From Sedimentisphaeraceae bacterium JB056 (GTDB taxonomy: Bacteria; Planctomycetota; Phycisphaerae; Sedimentisphaerales; Sedimentisphaeraceae), in contig JBITAJ010000011.1 of assembly GCA_044440125.1 (NCBI GenBank), forward strand, positions 64,001 to 128,000: a stretch of DNA of 64,000 bases, given 5' to 3'. Below, piece after piece: positions 1-9,190 of the stretch (positions are counted from its first letter, which is position 1; every line of letters begins with the position of its first letter). The notes beneath the pieces are model-generated. The model made no database searches. It was not told the origin of the DNA and worked only from the letters and a program-made list of their open reading frames with translations. The translations under genes were made by a program, and so were the position numbers.

Positions 1-837
1 CGACAAAGGCTCAAACTCCCATTCGGCGATAAAGCTTTCAGGAAAGTCCTCTGGGCACCAAAAGACGATATGCTCTTTGAAATCCGCCGAACGCATCAGC
101 ATGCATCCGTCCTTGAAACTGACATCGACCGGGCCTTCTTTGACCCAGCCCTCAACGGCTTTCTCACTGTCGAGCAGATTTTCATAGATAAGCCCCCCTC
201 TTCTGCCGACAAAATCTATCGGTTCAGGTACCTTGCCGAAACCGGTAAGCGAGGCATACTCACCGTAGAATTCAGAGGGCACTTTGGCTGCTATCTGATC
301 GGCAGGAGTATAATCGCAAGTAATATTCACATCAGTAACTTTAAGACCGCCTTGCCCGACAACTGCCTTCTCCGCCTGCCCGTCAACCCACCATGCTTCA
401 TTCCTGACGCCTGGAAGTCTCAGGGGCCGTCCGTTGAAATAGCCCTGCGCAAAACCTCCGGCGCTGTTCCAGGTATACTGCAGGAAAAAAGTCTGCGGCC
501 CCGGCAACTCGGTAAAGTCAGTCATCAGGCCCGCGTAATGGATATCTTCATCTCTGTCCCATACCCAGACAAGATTTATCACCTGATCGGTTCTCCTGAA
601 ATATATTTTGTTCACGCCGGGCAGCTCGACAAGCAGTTGCTGATAATCAGCCTGCCCCTGACCGTTAAAATATTTTTTATCAGTATGGAGCTTAAAACTT
701 ATCGTTCCCGACTGACTGACAGGCTTCTTCAAGTCTATGACAGTGCTTTGAGTCTGTGCATCTGCCGCGACTGCCGAATAGCATAATACCGAAAGCAGCA
801 GGCTGATAAAAAATGTATGCTGTAAATATCTTAACAT
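1..837 (-). CDS. Secreted DUF1961/YesU-like protein (3' end runs off the window)
   Basis: Manual translation from ATG at 837: MLRYLQHTFFISLLLSVLCYSAVAADAQ (signal peptide), open to position 1, ending ...HIVFWCPEDFPESFIAEWEFEPLS, which resembles the YesU/DUF1961 motif. Missing from the ORF track because it has no stop in the window. Confidence 0.7.
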   Translation of the reverse strand, partial: MLRYLQHTFFISLLLSVLCYSAVAADAQTQSTVIDLKKPVSQSGTISFKLHTDKKYFNGQGQADYQQLLVELPGVNKIYFRRTDQVINLVWVWDRDEDIHYAGLMTDFTELPGPQTFFLQYTWNSAGGFAQGYFNGRPLRLPGVRNEAWWVDGQAEKAVVGQGGLKVTDVNITCDYTPADQIAAKVPSEFYGEYASLTGFGKVPEPIDFVGRRGGLIYENLLDSEKAVEGWVKEGPVDVSFKDGCMLMRSADFKEHIVFWCPEDFPESFIAEWEFEPLS

Positions 838-853
838 AAATCACATCCTGAAG

Positions 854-2671
854 TTAAATACCGCTAATCTCTGCTTCTTCGATCCTGCCGACATCTGAAT
901 AAGCGGCAGCTTCTTTAACTTTATTGATAGCCAAAGCCTTCCTTCTCAGAAGGAAACCAATAACCAACGGTATAGCGGCACAGAAAGCGAAACACAATCT
1001 TCCGGAAAAATCGTTCGGTATAATCATAAATAGCAAGGTAAAAAAACCGTAGATGATACACAGCAATCCAAGAACACGGTACTGTCTTTCATCGTTGGTT
1101 TTTATATTTTCTTTGACATGGTCGATAGGAGTATTCACATCGGTAAAGAAATCATCCACCTGCTTTTTATAGTCGGTGTCGGAGTCTTCGTAAAATAAAG
1201 TCGTAATACAGAACCATACGCTTGAAGTAACCGTTACGGCAATGACCGTCATCGCCCAGGAAGCATCGAGGCTTTCACCTGGACTCAAAGGTTCGCTCCA
1301 GCCCATCATGCGAGTTATAAGCGAAGGGTCGAAAAAGAGCTTGATCGTCCAGGCGGCGACAAGGCCCACCAGAACCGTTGACCATGCAGACCAAGAGGGA
1401 GTCTTTTTAATTAATATTCCCAGGAACATCGGTATGACCATAGGAAAACCAATGAGCGAGCCGACCACCAGCACAAGTTCGAACAATCCGAGGGTTCTGA
1501 CCTTGCTCGTATATAATCCGCCGATAATAATAATCGCACCGAATACGACCGTGAAAATTTTACCCATAAGCAGCAGTTCGAGTTCATTGGCCTTGGGCCT
1601 GATTATCCTGCTGTAGAAATTACGTATGAACACACCAGAATTCATATTCAAGGCACTGTCCATGCTTGACATTGTGGCAGCGAAGATACCGCAAGCCAGC
1701 AATCCTATCAAGCCGCGAGGCATCACCTTCATACATATCGCAACATAAGCGGCTTCATTAGGCTGGGAAAGATCAGGGAACTGAGCAGCAAGGTCACCAC
1801 AAACAATCCTCGATGCCATCGCAGGAATCAGCCATATAACCGGCCCCACCAACATACCCACAATAGTAATAACCGCAGCACGACGGGCATGATTACCGTC
1901 CTTTACTGTCAGAAATCTCGCTGCCCCGTTGTTGAGAGAATTGAGAACCAGAAACTGGCTTACCATTATCGCAATCACCCACAAAACCAAAATCGGACCT
2001 CTTCTAATCTGCGTCCAATCGAAATGCGCGGCGGGCACCTGTTCGATCAGCCCCGTGATTCCGCCGACCTCAGGAAGCCTCAGTGTCAGAAATGCTGCAA
2101 CCATAGTAATCCCGACAATTATAAGCATCTGGACAAAATCACTGGCTACAACCGCCCAGGCACCACCCGCAACGGACATAAAAACAACAACAACTCCAAC
2201 CACAAGTATTGTCAGTTCCATACTTAAACCAAAAACCGACGCAATAAAAACACCAATGGCATTCATTGCGATAGAGCCCATCAACAACCCCATAACTACC
2301 TGCATCCACACGTACAACTGCTGGTTGAACCTGCCGAAACGTCTTTGTACCGCTTCCACATAAGTAATAACACGCATTTGTCTAAACCTGTAGCAAGTAA
2401 AGAAATAAACGAAAACACTTGCTATAGCATTGGCAAAGAACAATACCAGAGCCATTGTTCCGGTGTCATATATTTTTCCCGCCGCGCCGGTAAAGGTCCA
2501 CGCGCTGAATATCACCATAAAACTCGAAGCACCGGATAACCACCAAAGCATGCTTCCACCACCTCGAAAATAATCACTGGTATCGGAATTATATTTTCTA
2601 AATACTATGCCAATCACCAGCATAAATATAAAATAAAACCCTATAACAAGATAATCGTAAATACCTATCAT
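854..2671 (-). CDS. Sodium:solute symporter (SSS family), probable sugar transporter
   Basis: Multi-TM protein with DYFRGGG, SAWTFTGAAG and AATMSSMDSALN SSS motifs. Confidence 0.9.
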   Translation of the reverse strand: MIGIYDYLVIGFYFIFMLVIGIVFRKYNSDTSDYFRGGGSMLWWLSGASSFMVIFSAWTFTGAAGKIYDTGTMALVLFFANAIASVFVYFFTCYRFRQMRVITYVEAVQRRFGRFNQQLYVWMQVVMGLLMGSIAMNAIGVFIASVFGLSMELTILVVGVVVVFMSVAGGAWAVVASDFVQMLIIVGITMVAAFLTLRLPEVGGITGLIEQVPAAHFDWTQIRRGPILVLWVIAIMVSQFLVLNSLNNGAARFLTVKDGNHARRAAVITIVGMLVGPVIWLIPAMASRIVCGDLAAQFPDLSQPNEAAYVAICMKVMPRGLIGLLACGIFAATMSSMDSALNMNSGVFIRNFYSRIIRPKANELELLLMGKIFTVVFGAIIIIGGLYTSKVRTLGLFELVLVVGSLIGFPMVIPMFLGILIKKTPSWSAWSTVLVGLVAAWTIKLFFDPSLITRMMGWSEPLSPGESLDASWAMTVIAVTVTSSVWFCITTLFYEDSDTDYKKQVDDFFTDVNTPIDHVKENIKTNDERQYRVLGLLCIIYGFFTLLFMIIPNDFSGRLCFAFCAAIPLVIGFLLRRKALAINKVKEAAAYSDVGRIEEAEISGI

Positions 2672-2692
2672 TTAAAATCCTCTAAGAAGTTG

Positions 2693-5032
2693 TTAATTGC
2701 TCAGAAAGTCACCGGTTGTTGCTATCTGCCATCCGCAGTCTTTTTCATTATAAAACATAACCGTCATATCCGAAGTACCGCTCGTAAACATCGGAGCACC
2801 CTTCTGCGGCAAACCGGCGTTATTCCCCTTTTGCCATTGAGGGGCATCTTCGGGGAATTTCTTATCATAGTTCACGGTCATTTCCTGTTCAGATTCGGGC
2901 CATATAAACCTGCAGAACAGGTAATCCGGCTTCTTCAACTGCTGCTGGGCGCTTTGCTCGTAGAACGCTGCAAAGAATCTGTCCTTAGCGGCATCGTAAG
3001 CGACTCCATGCCGCCATACGTGATACGCGTCCTTGTACGGAACAAGCAGGCTCTTCTCCTGCGACCATGGCCCATCGGCGGGCTTGGTCATAAAAGATAT
3101 CCTGTGGTTATAGAAATCGGTATCGCTGCGGAAGGCCGTTATCAGATTATCATCGGCATCGCAGTTGAGTGATGGGTAAGTAGCCCTGTTGTACTTATCG
3201 CTATCGGGAGCTTTGGTGAGATACACCGGTTTGCTCCATTGGGTTATGTCGCCCGGACGCAGTGAATGGGTATACAGCAACGGATCGATATGACCGCTTA
3301 TGATAACGTGCAGAATGCCTTTACTATCGACGGTAATAGCTCCCCAGTTGTGGTTGTCGAGTTTCTTGCCGCCAAATCCCAGGAACACATGTTCGCTGAG
3401 CTCACCGGTTTTCCTGTTGTACGCCGTGATAAAGCAAGGCAGGCCGCCTTCGGCTTTGACAGTCTTATCCCTGTCGGCGAGTTCCATATCACGAGCGGGA
3501 TGATCGGCGGGAATCTCAGGCAGAGTGTCTTTCCAACTGTCAACAGGCTCGGCGCTCATGGCGTCCGTCGGCGAAACGCCTGGTGCCGGGGGCGGCATGG
3601 TGCTGTACTGAATGAATATCATATCGCCCTGGGTTATGGCAAAGTTGGCCTTGCCTGAATGAACCGGGCCCGCCAGCGAATTTTTGGCATAGCATATTTT
3701 ATCGTCAAGGTTGATTTTGCCGTCATCCGTTTTCTTCGGCAAAAGCAGATACCCGTCATGGTCGGCATCGGAAAAGTAAAAATAATCGGTTAAGAGGATC
3801 ACCGGTGGATTGTTCAAAGCATCCTGATTGTGCCCATCGATCTTCTCGAAGCATCCCAGTCTGCCGGGCAGCGAATACACCTGCCAGCTGTCTTTGACGT
3901 TTTCGGCATAGAGCAGCAGAGTGGCCCTGTCTTTCCAGCTCGTCTCTTCGCCGTTTTTATCGAGCCGGCTGACGGTCTCCATAACATAGATGCCGCCGTC
4001 ATTGTCAAAGCGGATAGTTCTGTCACCATGCAGCGAGAGCTCCACGCCCTCCCAGCCGTTCTGGACGGCAAAATTTCTTACCGCTTTTTTCAAATCCTTC
4101 TTATGCCATTGACCCTTTTCATCGAGCCATTCAACTGCTCCTGCACAATGGATGAATGGTCTGCCCTCAGGGGCGAAGCTGACGTAACCGGGGTCGTATT
4201 TGGGGTAATAGCCGTGCAAAGCCCTTGCGCCCTGAAAATAAGGCTGCTGTACCAAAGGCTTTCCTGCTCCTATCGGTTCGGCAACCTCTTTTGAATCATG
4301 GTTGAGCATCACAGGTTCATCGCACGACTCCGACATCTTAAATATAAAGCTCTCCGGCTCGTCCTGCAATATATTATCATCGCGAACGCTTTTTTTGCCG
4401 CTTGCCTGCATATCATCAAAATACAATACCGCGGAAGGATCGGGGCTCCTGCGGCTGTTTTTGGAAAAGAAGAACAAACCCTGCGCCCGGCTCCAGCTTT
4501 GCGGCTTGCCGATACTGCCGAAATTATCCGTATTGAAGGAAAGTCGCTTCCAGCCGGTCCAGTCAAGTTTGAATTGGGCTATCCAGTAGTCAAGATAAGG
4601 GGTATTGGGATTATCCGCCAGTACCGCGAAAGTTATTTCATTTCCCGTATTTTTTTCTGAAAAACACTCGAAGGAAAAGTTTTTGATCTTCGACAAATCC
4701 CCTTCTATCTCATAACAAGCTATGGTTGGATATTTATTCAACTGCGACCACTTGAGAGAGTAGTTGCCCTGCTTGACGTTCTTATCGGATAATTCCGCAC
4801 CGTAAGCCAGCTCTTCAAACGTAACCCCGGGTGTAACCCAGTCAACCCGTTTCTGCTGCTTTTCGAGCCGGGGCATATACTCATCTTTTTCCTGCATAAA
4901 CATCTTTGGAGCAGTAACCCAGCATTTTTCATTCTCAAAAACATTCTCAATCTCAGAAAGAGATGCTGACTGAACTTTCAACGTCAAAGATACGACTGCA
5001 AGTATTATTATATTTAAGGTCTTTATTCTCAT
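2693..5032 (-). CDS. Secreted protein with N-terminal carbohydrate-binding-like module and C-terminal BNR-4-like beta-propeller
   Basis: Signal peptide; LDWTGWKRLSF...LYFDDM is CBM-like; NHNWGAITVDSKGILHVIISGH and ATYP resemble BNR-4 repeat proteins. Confidence 0.55.
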   Translation of the reverse strand: MRIKTLNIIILAVVSLTLKVQSASLSEIENVFENEKCWVTAPKMFMQEKDEYMPRLEKQQKRVDWVTPGVTFEELAYGAELSDKNVKQGNYSLKWSQLNKYPTIACYEIEGDLSKIKNFSFECFSEKNTGNEITFAVLADNPNTPYLDYWIAQFKLDWTGWKRLSFNTDNFGSIGKPQSWSRAQGLFFFSKNSRRSPDPSAVLYFDDMQASGKKSVRDDNILQDEPESFIFKMSESCDEPVMLNHDSKEVAEPIGAGKPLVQQPYFQGARALHGYYPKYDPGYVSFAPEGRPFIHCAGAVEWLDEKGQWHKKDLKKAVRNFAVQNGWEGVELSLHGDRTIRFDNDGGIYVMETVSRLDKNGEETSWKDRATLLLYAENVKDSWQVYSLPGRLGCFEKIDGHNQDALNNPPVILLTDYFYFSDADHDGYLLLPKKTDDGKINLDDKICYAKNSLAGPVHSGKANFAITQGDMIFIQYSTMPPPAPGVSPTDAMSAEPVDSWKDTLPEIPADHPARDMELADRDKTVKAEGGLPCFITAYNRKTGELSEHVFLGFGGKKLDNHNWGAITVDSKGILHVIISGHIDPLLYTHSLRPGDITQWSKPVYLTKAPDSDKYNRATYPSLNCDADDNLITAFRSDTDFYNHRISFMTKPADGPWSQEKSLLVPYKDAYHVWRHGVAYDAAKDRFFAAFYEQSAQQQLKKPDYLFCRFIWPESEQEMTVNYDKKFPEDAPQWQKGNNAGLPQKGAPMFTSGTSDMTVMFYNEKDCGWQIATTGDFLSN

Positions 5033-5067
5033 TGCTGTTCCCGGATAAAGTTGTTCAAATTATTTTT

Positions 5068-6642
5068 TCAATATTTGGGATATAGGTCATCCCAGTGCTT
5101 ATCGCTGCTGAGCACCGGTCTTTTCATCTGACTGAACCATTGTTTATAGTTCTGCTTAAGCTGGTGCAACATTTTTTCGTAACTGCCGTCAGAATTTTTA
5201 AGCAGGTCATTTTTCTCGCTGCTGTCCTTTACGACGTTGTACAATTCATAACGTTCCAGATGCGGCCAATACCTGAGCATATAATCGCCTTTACGAACTG
5301 CCCAGCCCACCGGGCTGCTGCCCCTTACATCAATATCCTCTTCTTTTGCATCTTTTCTGGCCGACTTGCCATACAATCCAAAATAATTGCAATGCTCACC
5401 GGCAAAAAACAACTCCTCATGCACATCAAAGTCTCCATTATTCAACGCCGGAAGCATATTTTTTCCATCAACATTAAGCTCTAAAGGTATCTTACTTCCG
5501 GCAGCTGCAATAGCGGTAGGCAGTATATCCATGGAGCTGACAAGCCCCCTGTAAGTCTTGCCGGCAGGCAGTCTGCGTGGATACCTCACTATCATTGGTG
5601 TTTTAACTCCACCTTGCCAAAGCTGTCCTTTATTGCCTGTAAGCGGACCCGCCGCCGGAAGCGGCACTTCCCTATCACCGGCAGGTCCGTTATCGCTCAG
5701 GAATACAAAAAGTGTATCCTTATCAAGACCAAGAGTTTTGAGCTTATTCATTATCGAACCAATACCGTCATCCAGGGCGGCAACGTAAGCATTGAAATTA
5801 TTTGCCCTATGACTGCCAAGATCAAATCTCTTAAGATATTTTTCCGGCGCATCCTCAAAAAGCGGGTCGTGAACGGCATTGTAAGCCACATAAAGAAAGA
5901 AGGGATTATCCTTTTCGCGTTCTATGAAATCGATCGCTTCTTTGGTAATGGCGTCGGTGGTGAACTGCTTGACCTGCACCTTTTCATAATTCCTGTACCA
6001 GTGGTCGGGATTATAATAAACGCTTGTGGAATGATTGAAGCCGTAATAGTAGTCGAAGCCCCTTTTAAGCGGGTGCTGTTTTTTTCTCCGCTCGGGGTCC
6101 TTGACATATTTGGGAATATCAAACTGCTGAAGATGCCATTTTCCTATAACTCCGTTGGTATAACCGACATCTTTGAGAACATTGGCAAGACAGTATTCAT
6201 CAAGCGGGAGTCCTATCCGGTAGCCCACGTCCAGATTGCAGTAGGTGCCGTATCGCTGGGGATATCTGCCGGTCATTATGGCCGCCCTCGATGGGGCACA
6301 AAGCGGCAGAGGCACGTATGCTTCGCTGCATCTTACGCCTTCGGAGGCTATGGCGGTAAGGTGCTTTGTGCTTTCCCTGGCCGCCTCCATCGCCTTATCG
6401 ATATCATAAGTAGGGTCACCGTTGTCGATATCCCGCTGCACGTACTCCATATTCAGATCGGCAGCGGTGTAATCGGCCATATTCGCGCCAAAGTGGCCGT
6501 AACCAAGATCATCGACAAGAATCAGAACAATGTTAGGCTTGCGGTCAGATGCCGATGCCCGGATATTTGACAAACTGCATCCTGCCGTTACAGACAAGCC
6601 GCATGCTCCGGCATATTTTAGAAAATCTCTTCTATCAAACAT
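5068..6642 (-). CDS. Formylglycine-dependent (S1) sulfatase, Tat-exported
   Basis: RRDFLK Tat motif; PNIVLILVDDLG, CAPSRAAIMTG, GKWHL and SDNG motifs. Confidence 0.95.
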   Translation of the reverse strand: MFDRRDFLKYAGACGLSVTAGCSLSNIRASASDRKPNIVLILVDDLGYGHFGANMADYTAADLNMEYVQRDIDNGDPTYDIDKAMEAARESTKHLTAIASEGVRCSEAYVPLPLCAPSRAAIMTGRYPQRYGTYCNLDVGYRIGLPLDEYCLANVLKDVGYTNGVIGKWHLQQFDIPKYVKDPERRKKQHPLKRGFDYYYGFNHSTSVYYNPDHWYRNYEKVQVKQFTTDAITKEAIDFIEREKDNPFFLYVAYNAVHDPLFEDAPEKYLKRFDLGSHRANNFNAYVAALDDGIGSIMNKLKTLGLDKDTLFVFLSDNGPAGDREVPLPAAGPLTGNKGQLWQGGVKTPMIVRYPRRLPAGKTYRGLVSSMDILPTAIAAAGSKIPLELNVDGKNMLPALNNGDFDVHEELFFAGEHCNYFGLYGKSARKDAKEEDIDVRGSSPVGWAVRKGDYMLRYWPHLERYELYNVVKDSSEKNDLLKNSDGSYEKMLHQLKQNYKQWFSQMKRPVLSSDKHWDDLYPKY

Positions 6643-6691
6643 TTGATTCCCGACAATTCATTCTTTACAATTATTATCTACTACCACAATA

Positions 6692-8122
6692 TTATATTTT
6701 TGCCAGATAATCGAGGAGTATCTTCTTTAAGCGAGCAACTTTTTGCGGCATCTGGTCACTCAGGTCATTTTCTTCACGAATATCTTTGCTCAGATCATAA
6801 AGTTCGGTTCTTTTAAGCTCACCTTCTCTTGTCCAGAATAGCATAAGCTTATAGTCACCCTGCCTGTAAGCAGACTGGCCCTCCACTTTCGGATCGGGGG
6901 GCAAGGGTCGATGAAAGATCAATCCGTCATTGGGACGTGAGATGTCTTTATCCGATTTGCCTTTAAGTATCGGCACTAAACTGGTGCCGTCAAGTTCCTG
7001 AGGCACATCGGCCCTGCCGCCGACGATGTCGTAAAAGGTGGGGAACAGGTCATAGGTGGCAACAGGAATTTTGCATACGCCTTTTTTAATGCCCGGGCCC
7101 TTCACGGCAAAAGGCACCCTTATGCCGCCTTCGTACAGTGTCTGCTTGTACATACGCAGGGGATGATTGCGTTCTTTTCTCGTATTGTCGTTGTCCCATA
7201 TGTGCCAATCCTTGCCGCCGTTATCCGAGGCAAAGAAGATATACGTATTATCGGCAATCCCCAGATCCTCTACCGCTTGCAGCAGCCTTCCGATACTGGT
7301 ATCCATATCTTCGAGCATCGGAGCTATGCCGTCAACAACTTTTCTATCGGGCTGTGGGGTATTCTCATACTTATCCATGGTCCGCTGCGTGGCCTGACAG
7401 GCTATATGAATAGCGTAGTGGCTAAGCTGCAGATAGAAAGGGTTGCCTCGCTCACTCTGCCGCCGCATGAAGTCGATCGACTTATCCGTCAGTGAAAACA
7501 TTTGTTTGGGATCGTCGAAAGGTTCACATATATCGTTCCTGTCGAGCTTGTCGGGAATCCGGACGTCAAGGTATATGCCGCCTTCGTCATTGCAGCCCAT
7601 GCCATCCTGTTCATCGTAGCCCAGATTGGCCGGGCTTCCGGGCTGCTGGCTTTGCTTATCCTTCCATGTACCGGTAAATACCCCGCCCCATTTTCCAAAG
7701 TGTGCACATTTATAATCATGGTCTGCACTTTTTATCGCCTGAGCGATCGACCATTTACCGCTCGGATCAAATTGTCCTATGAATTCGGTACCCTTCTGCC
7801 TGGCGGGAGTCATACCGAACTGAATGCTTCTTCTGGTAGGCGTACAGATAGGGGCCGAGGCATAGGCATCAGTAAACCGCAGTGCCGATTCGAGAAAATC
7901 ATTCATATGCGGCGTATTGAAAACATCACAATATGCCTGCGGAAATCGTGAATCAAAGGAATTTGAAAAGTCAGCCCAGCCCTGATCGTCGGTAAGAATA
8001 AAAAGAATATTCGGCTTAGCGGAGCTCTTATCATTTATAGTAAACTGCTGACAACCGCCTATAAGCGTTGAAGCAATCGAAACTCCGGCCGCTTTAAAAA
8101 AAGTGCGTCTTGATAAAAACAT
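6692..8122 (-). CDS. Formylglycine-dependent (S1) sulfatase, Tat-exported
   Basis: Start placed at ATG 8122 (MFLSRRTFFK Tat motif); PNILFILTDDQG, CTPTRRSIQFG, SDNGG and LYEGGIRVP motifs. Confidence 0.93.
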   Translation of the reverse strand: MFLSRRTFFKAAGVSIASTLIGGCQQFTINDKSSAKPNILFILTDDQGWADFSNSFDSRFPQAYCDVFNTPHMNDFLESALRFTDAYASAPICTPTRRSIQFGMTPARQKGTEFIGQFDPSGKWSIAQAIKSADHDYKCAHFGKWGGVFTGTWKDKQSQQPGSPANLGYDEQDGMGCNDEGGIYLDVRIPDKLDRNDICEPFDDPKQMFSLTDKSIDFMRRQSERGNPFYLQLSHYAIHIACQATQRTMDKYENTPQPDRKVVDGIAPMLEDMDTSIGRLLQAVEDLGIADNTYIFFASDNGGKDWHIWDNDNTRKERNHPLRMYKQTLYEGGIRVPFAVKGPGIKKGVCKIPVATYDLFPTFYDIVGGRADVPQELDGTSLVPILKGKSDKDISRPNDGLIFHRPLPPDPKVEGQSAYRQGDYKLMLFWTREGELKRTELYDLSKDIREENDLSDQMPQKVARLKKILLDYLAKI

Positions 8123-8200
8123 ATTATATCCCAAAGCTGTTATAGCTATTGTATATTGACATACTGCTGCCAAGCTTGGCAGCGATAATTTAAAACGTTG

Positions 8201-9103
8201 TTACCAGTTCAGGGTCGGGTGAAATTTCAATCCATCTATTGGATCGGGATAATCTGTAAATCCAGGGCCTGGGTTGAGGTTATAAGACTCTGTAAACTGC
8301 GTATCCAGACTCTCTGCATGGCCGTCAGCAAAAGCAAAATCACTTTTGCCGTACGAACGCGGGTGCCCCCAGTCGTTCCAGGTATTGTCTGCACGATTTA
8401 TTGATCCTTCAAATTTCACAAAATGGGCAGGCTGAATATCGAACCAGCCCCTCGCCTGTCCGCCGTAAACAGTATTAAATTTGCTGACAAATTGAGACTC
8501 GGTGAACAAAATCGTTCTTGAAGCATCGTTCACACTTCCGACGCTTACAGAGTTTTTGTATGACTCAGGTACATTGATCGCATTATTCGCGTTGGGCCTG
8601 ACTACCCGACCGCCGATATAAGCATTGTATTTATAACTTCTGGGATAATGATTTTCATCAATATTATTCGTTCCCGTCTTTTTACTCAATTGCATCGAGG
8701 ATGGGCAGATGAAAAAATCAATTGTTCCCGCATGTTTCGACCAGTCTTCTTTTAGTCCGGTATAGCGGGGGTCATCTCCCCAATCCGCATAAAGGTCAAC
8801 ACCTTCCGCACCAAGATAGCTGATAAGCCTGGCATCCCAGAAGGGTGAATACGGATAAGCACTCCATAAGTTGCCACTCTCGTCCCTGCTTCCAGAAAGA
8901 GGGTATCTGCCGTTATAGTCGTTTGCATACGTCATAGCTGCCTGACCGAGCGAACGGACATTCGACATACAGGAAACCTGTTTGGCCTGTTCTCTTACAC
9001 GGCTTAAGGCAGGCATCATGATAGACATCAAAACCGCTATAATCGATATAACAACTAAAAGTTCAATGAGGGTAAAACCCTTTTTAACATCTTTTCTTGC
9101 CAT
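8201..9103 (-). CDS. Prepilin-type N-terminal cleavage/methylation protein with H-X9-DG C-terminal motif (DUF1559-like)
   Basis: KKGFTLIELLVVISIIAVLMSIMMPAL and FAFADGHAE; ATG 9103 preceded by AAGGA. Confidence 0.9.
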   Translation of the reverse strand: MARKDVKKGFTLIELLVVISIIAVLMSIMMPALSRVREQAKQVSCMSNVRSLGQAAMTYANDYNGRYPLSGSRDESGNLWSAYPYSPFWDARLISYLGAEGVDLYADWGDDPRYTGLKEDWSKHAGTIDFFICPSSMQLSKKTGTNNIDENHYPRSYKYNAYIGGRVVRPNANNAINVPESYKNSVSVGSVNDASRTILFTESQFVSKFNTVYGGQARGWFDIQPAHFVKFEGSINRADNTWNDWGHPRSYGKSDFAFADGHAESLDTQFTESYNLNPGPGFTDYPDPIDGLKFHPTLNW

Positions 9104-9120
9104 TCTGCATTCCTTTAAAA

Positions 9121-9154
9121 TTTGGGGAGCAGTTTTCAGGGCTGCTCCCCCAAA
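9121..9154. terminator. GC-rich intergenic hairpin (terminator or mRNA-stabilising stem)
   Basis: TTTGGGGAGCAG...CTGCTCCCCCAAA inverted repeat between two co-oriented genes. Confidence 0.55.
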
Positions 9155-9190
9155 TAGCTTATTACTAATCACTGATTGCTTATCGCTAAA

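Noticed and set aside
70..786. 238-aa plus-strand ORF
   Set aside because: Antisense shadow of the minus-strand DUF1961 gene (1-837), which has a signal peptide and operon context.
5614..6570. 318-aa plus-strand ORF
   Set aside because: Antisense to a clear sulfatase; no recognisable motifs.
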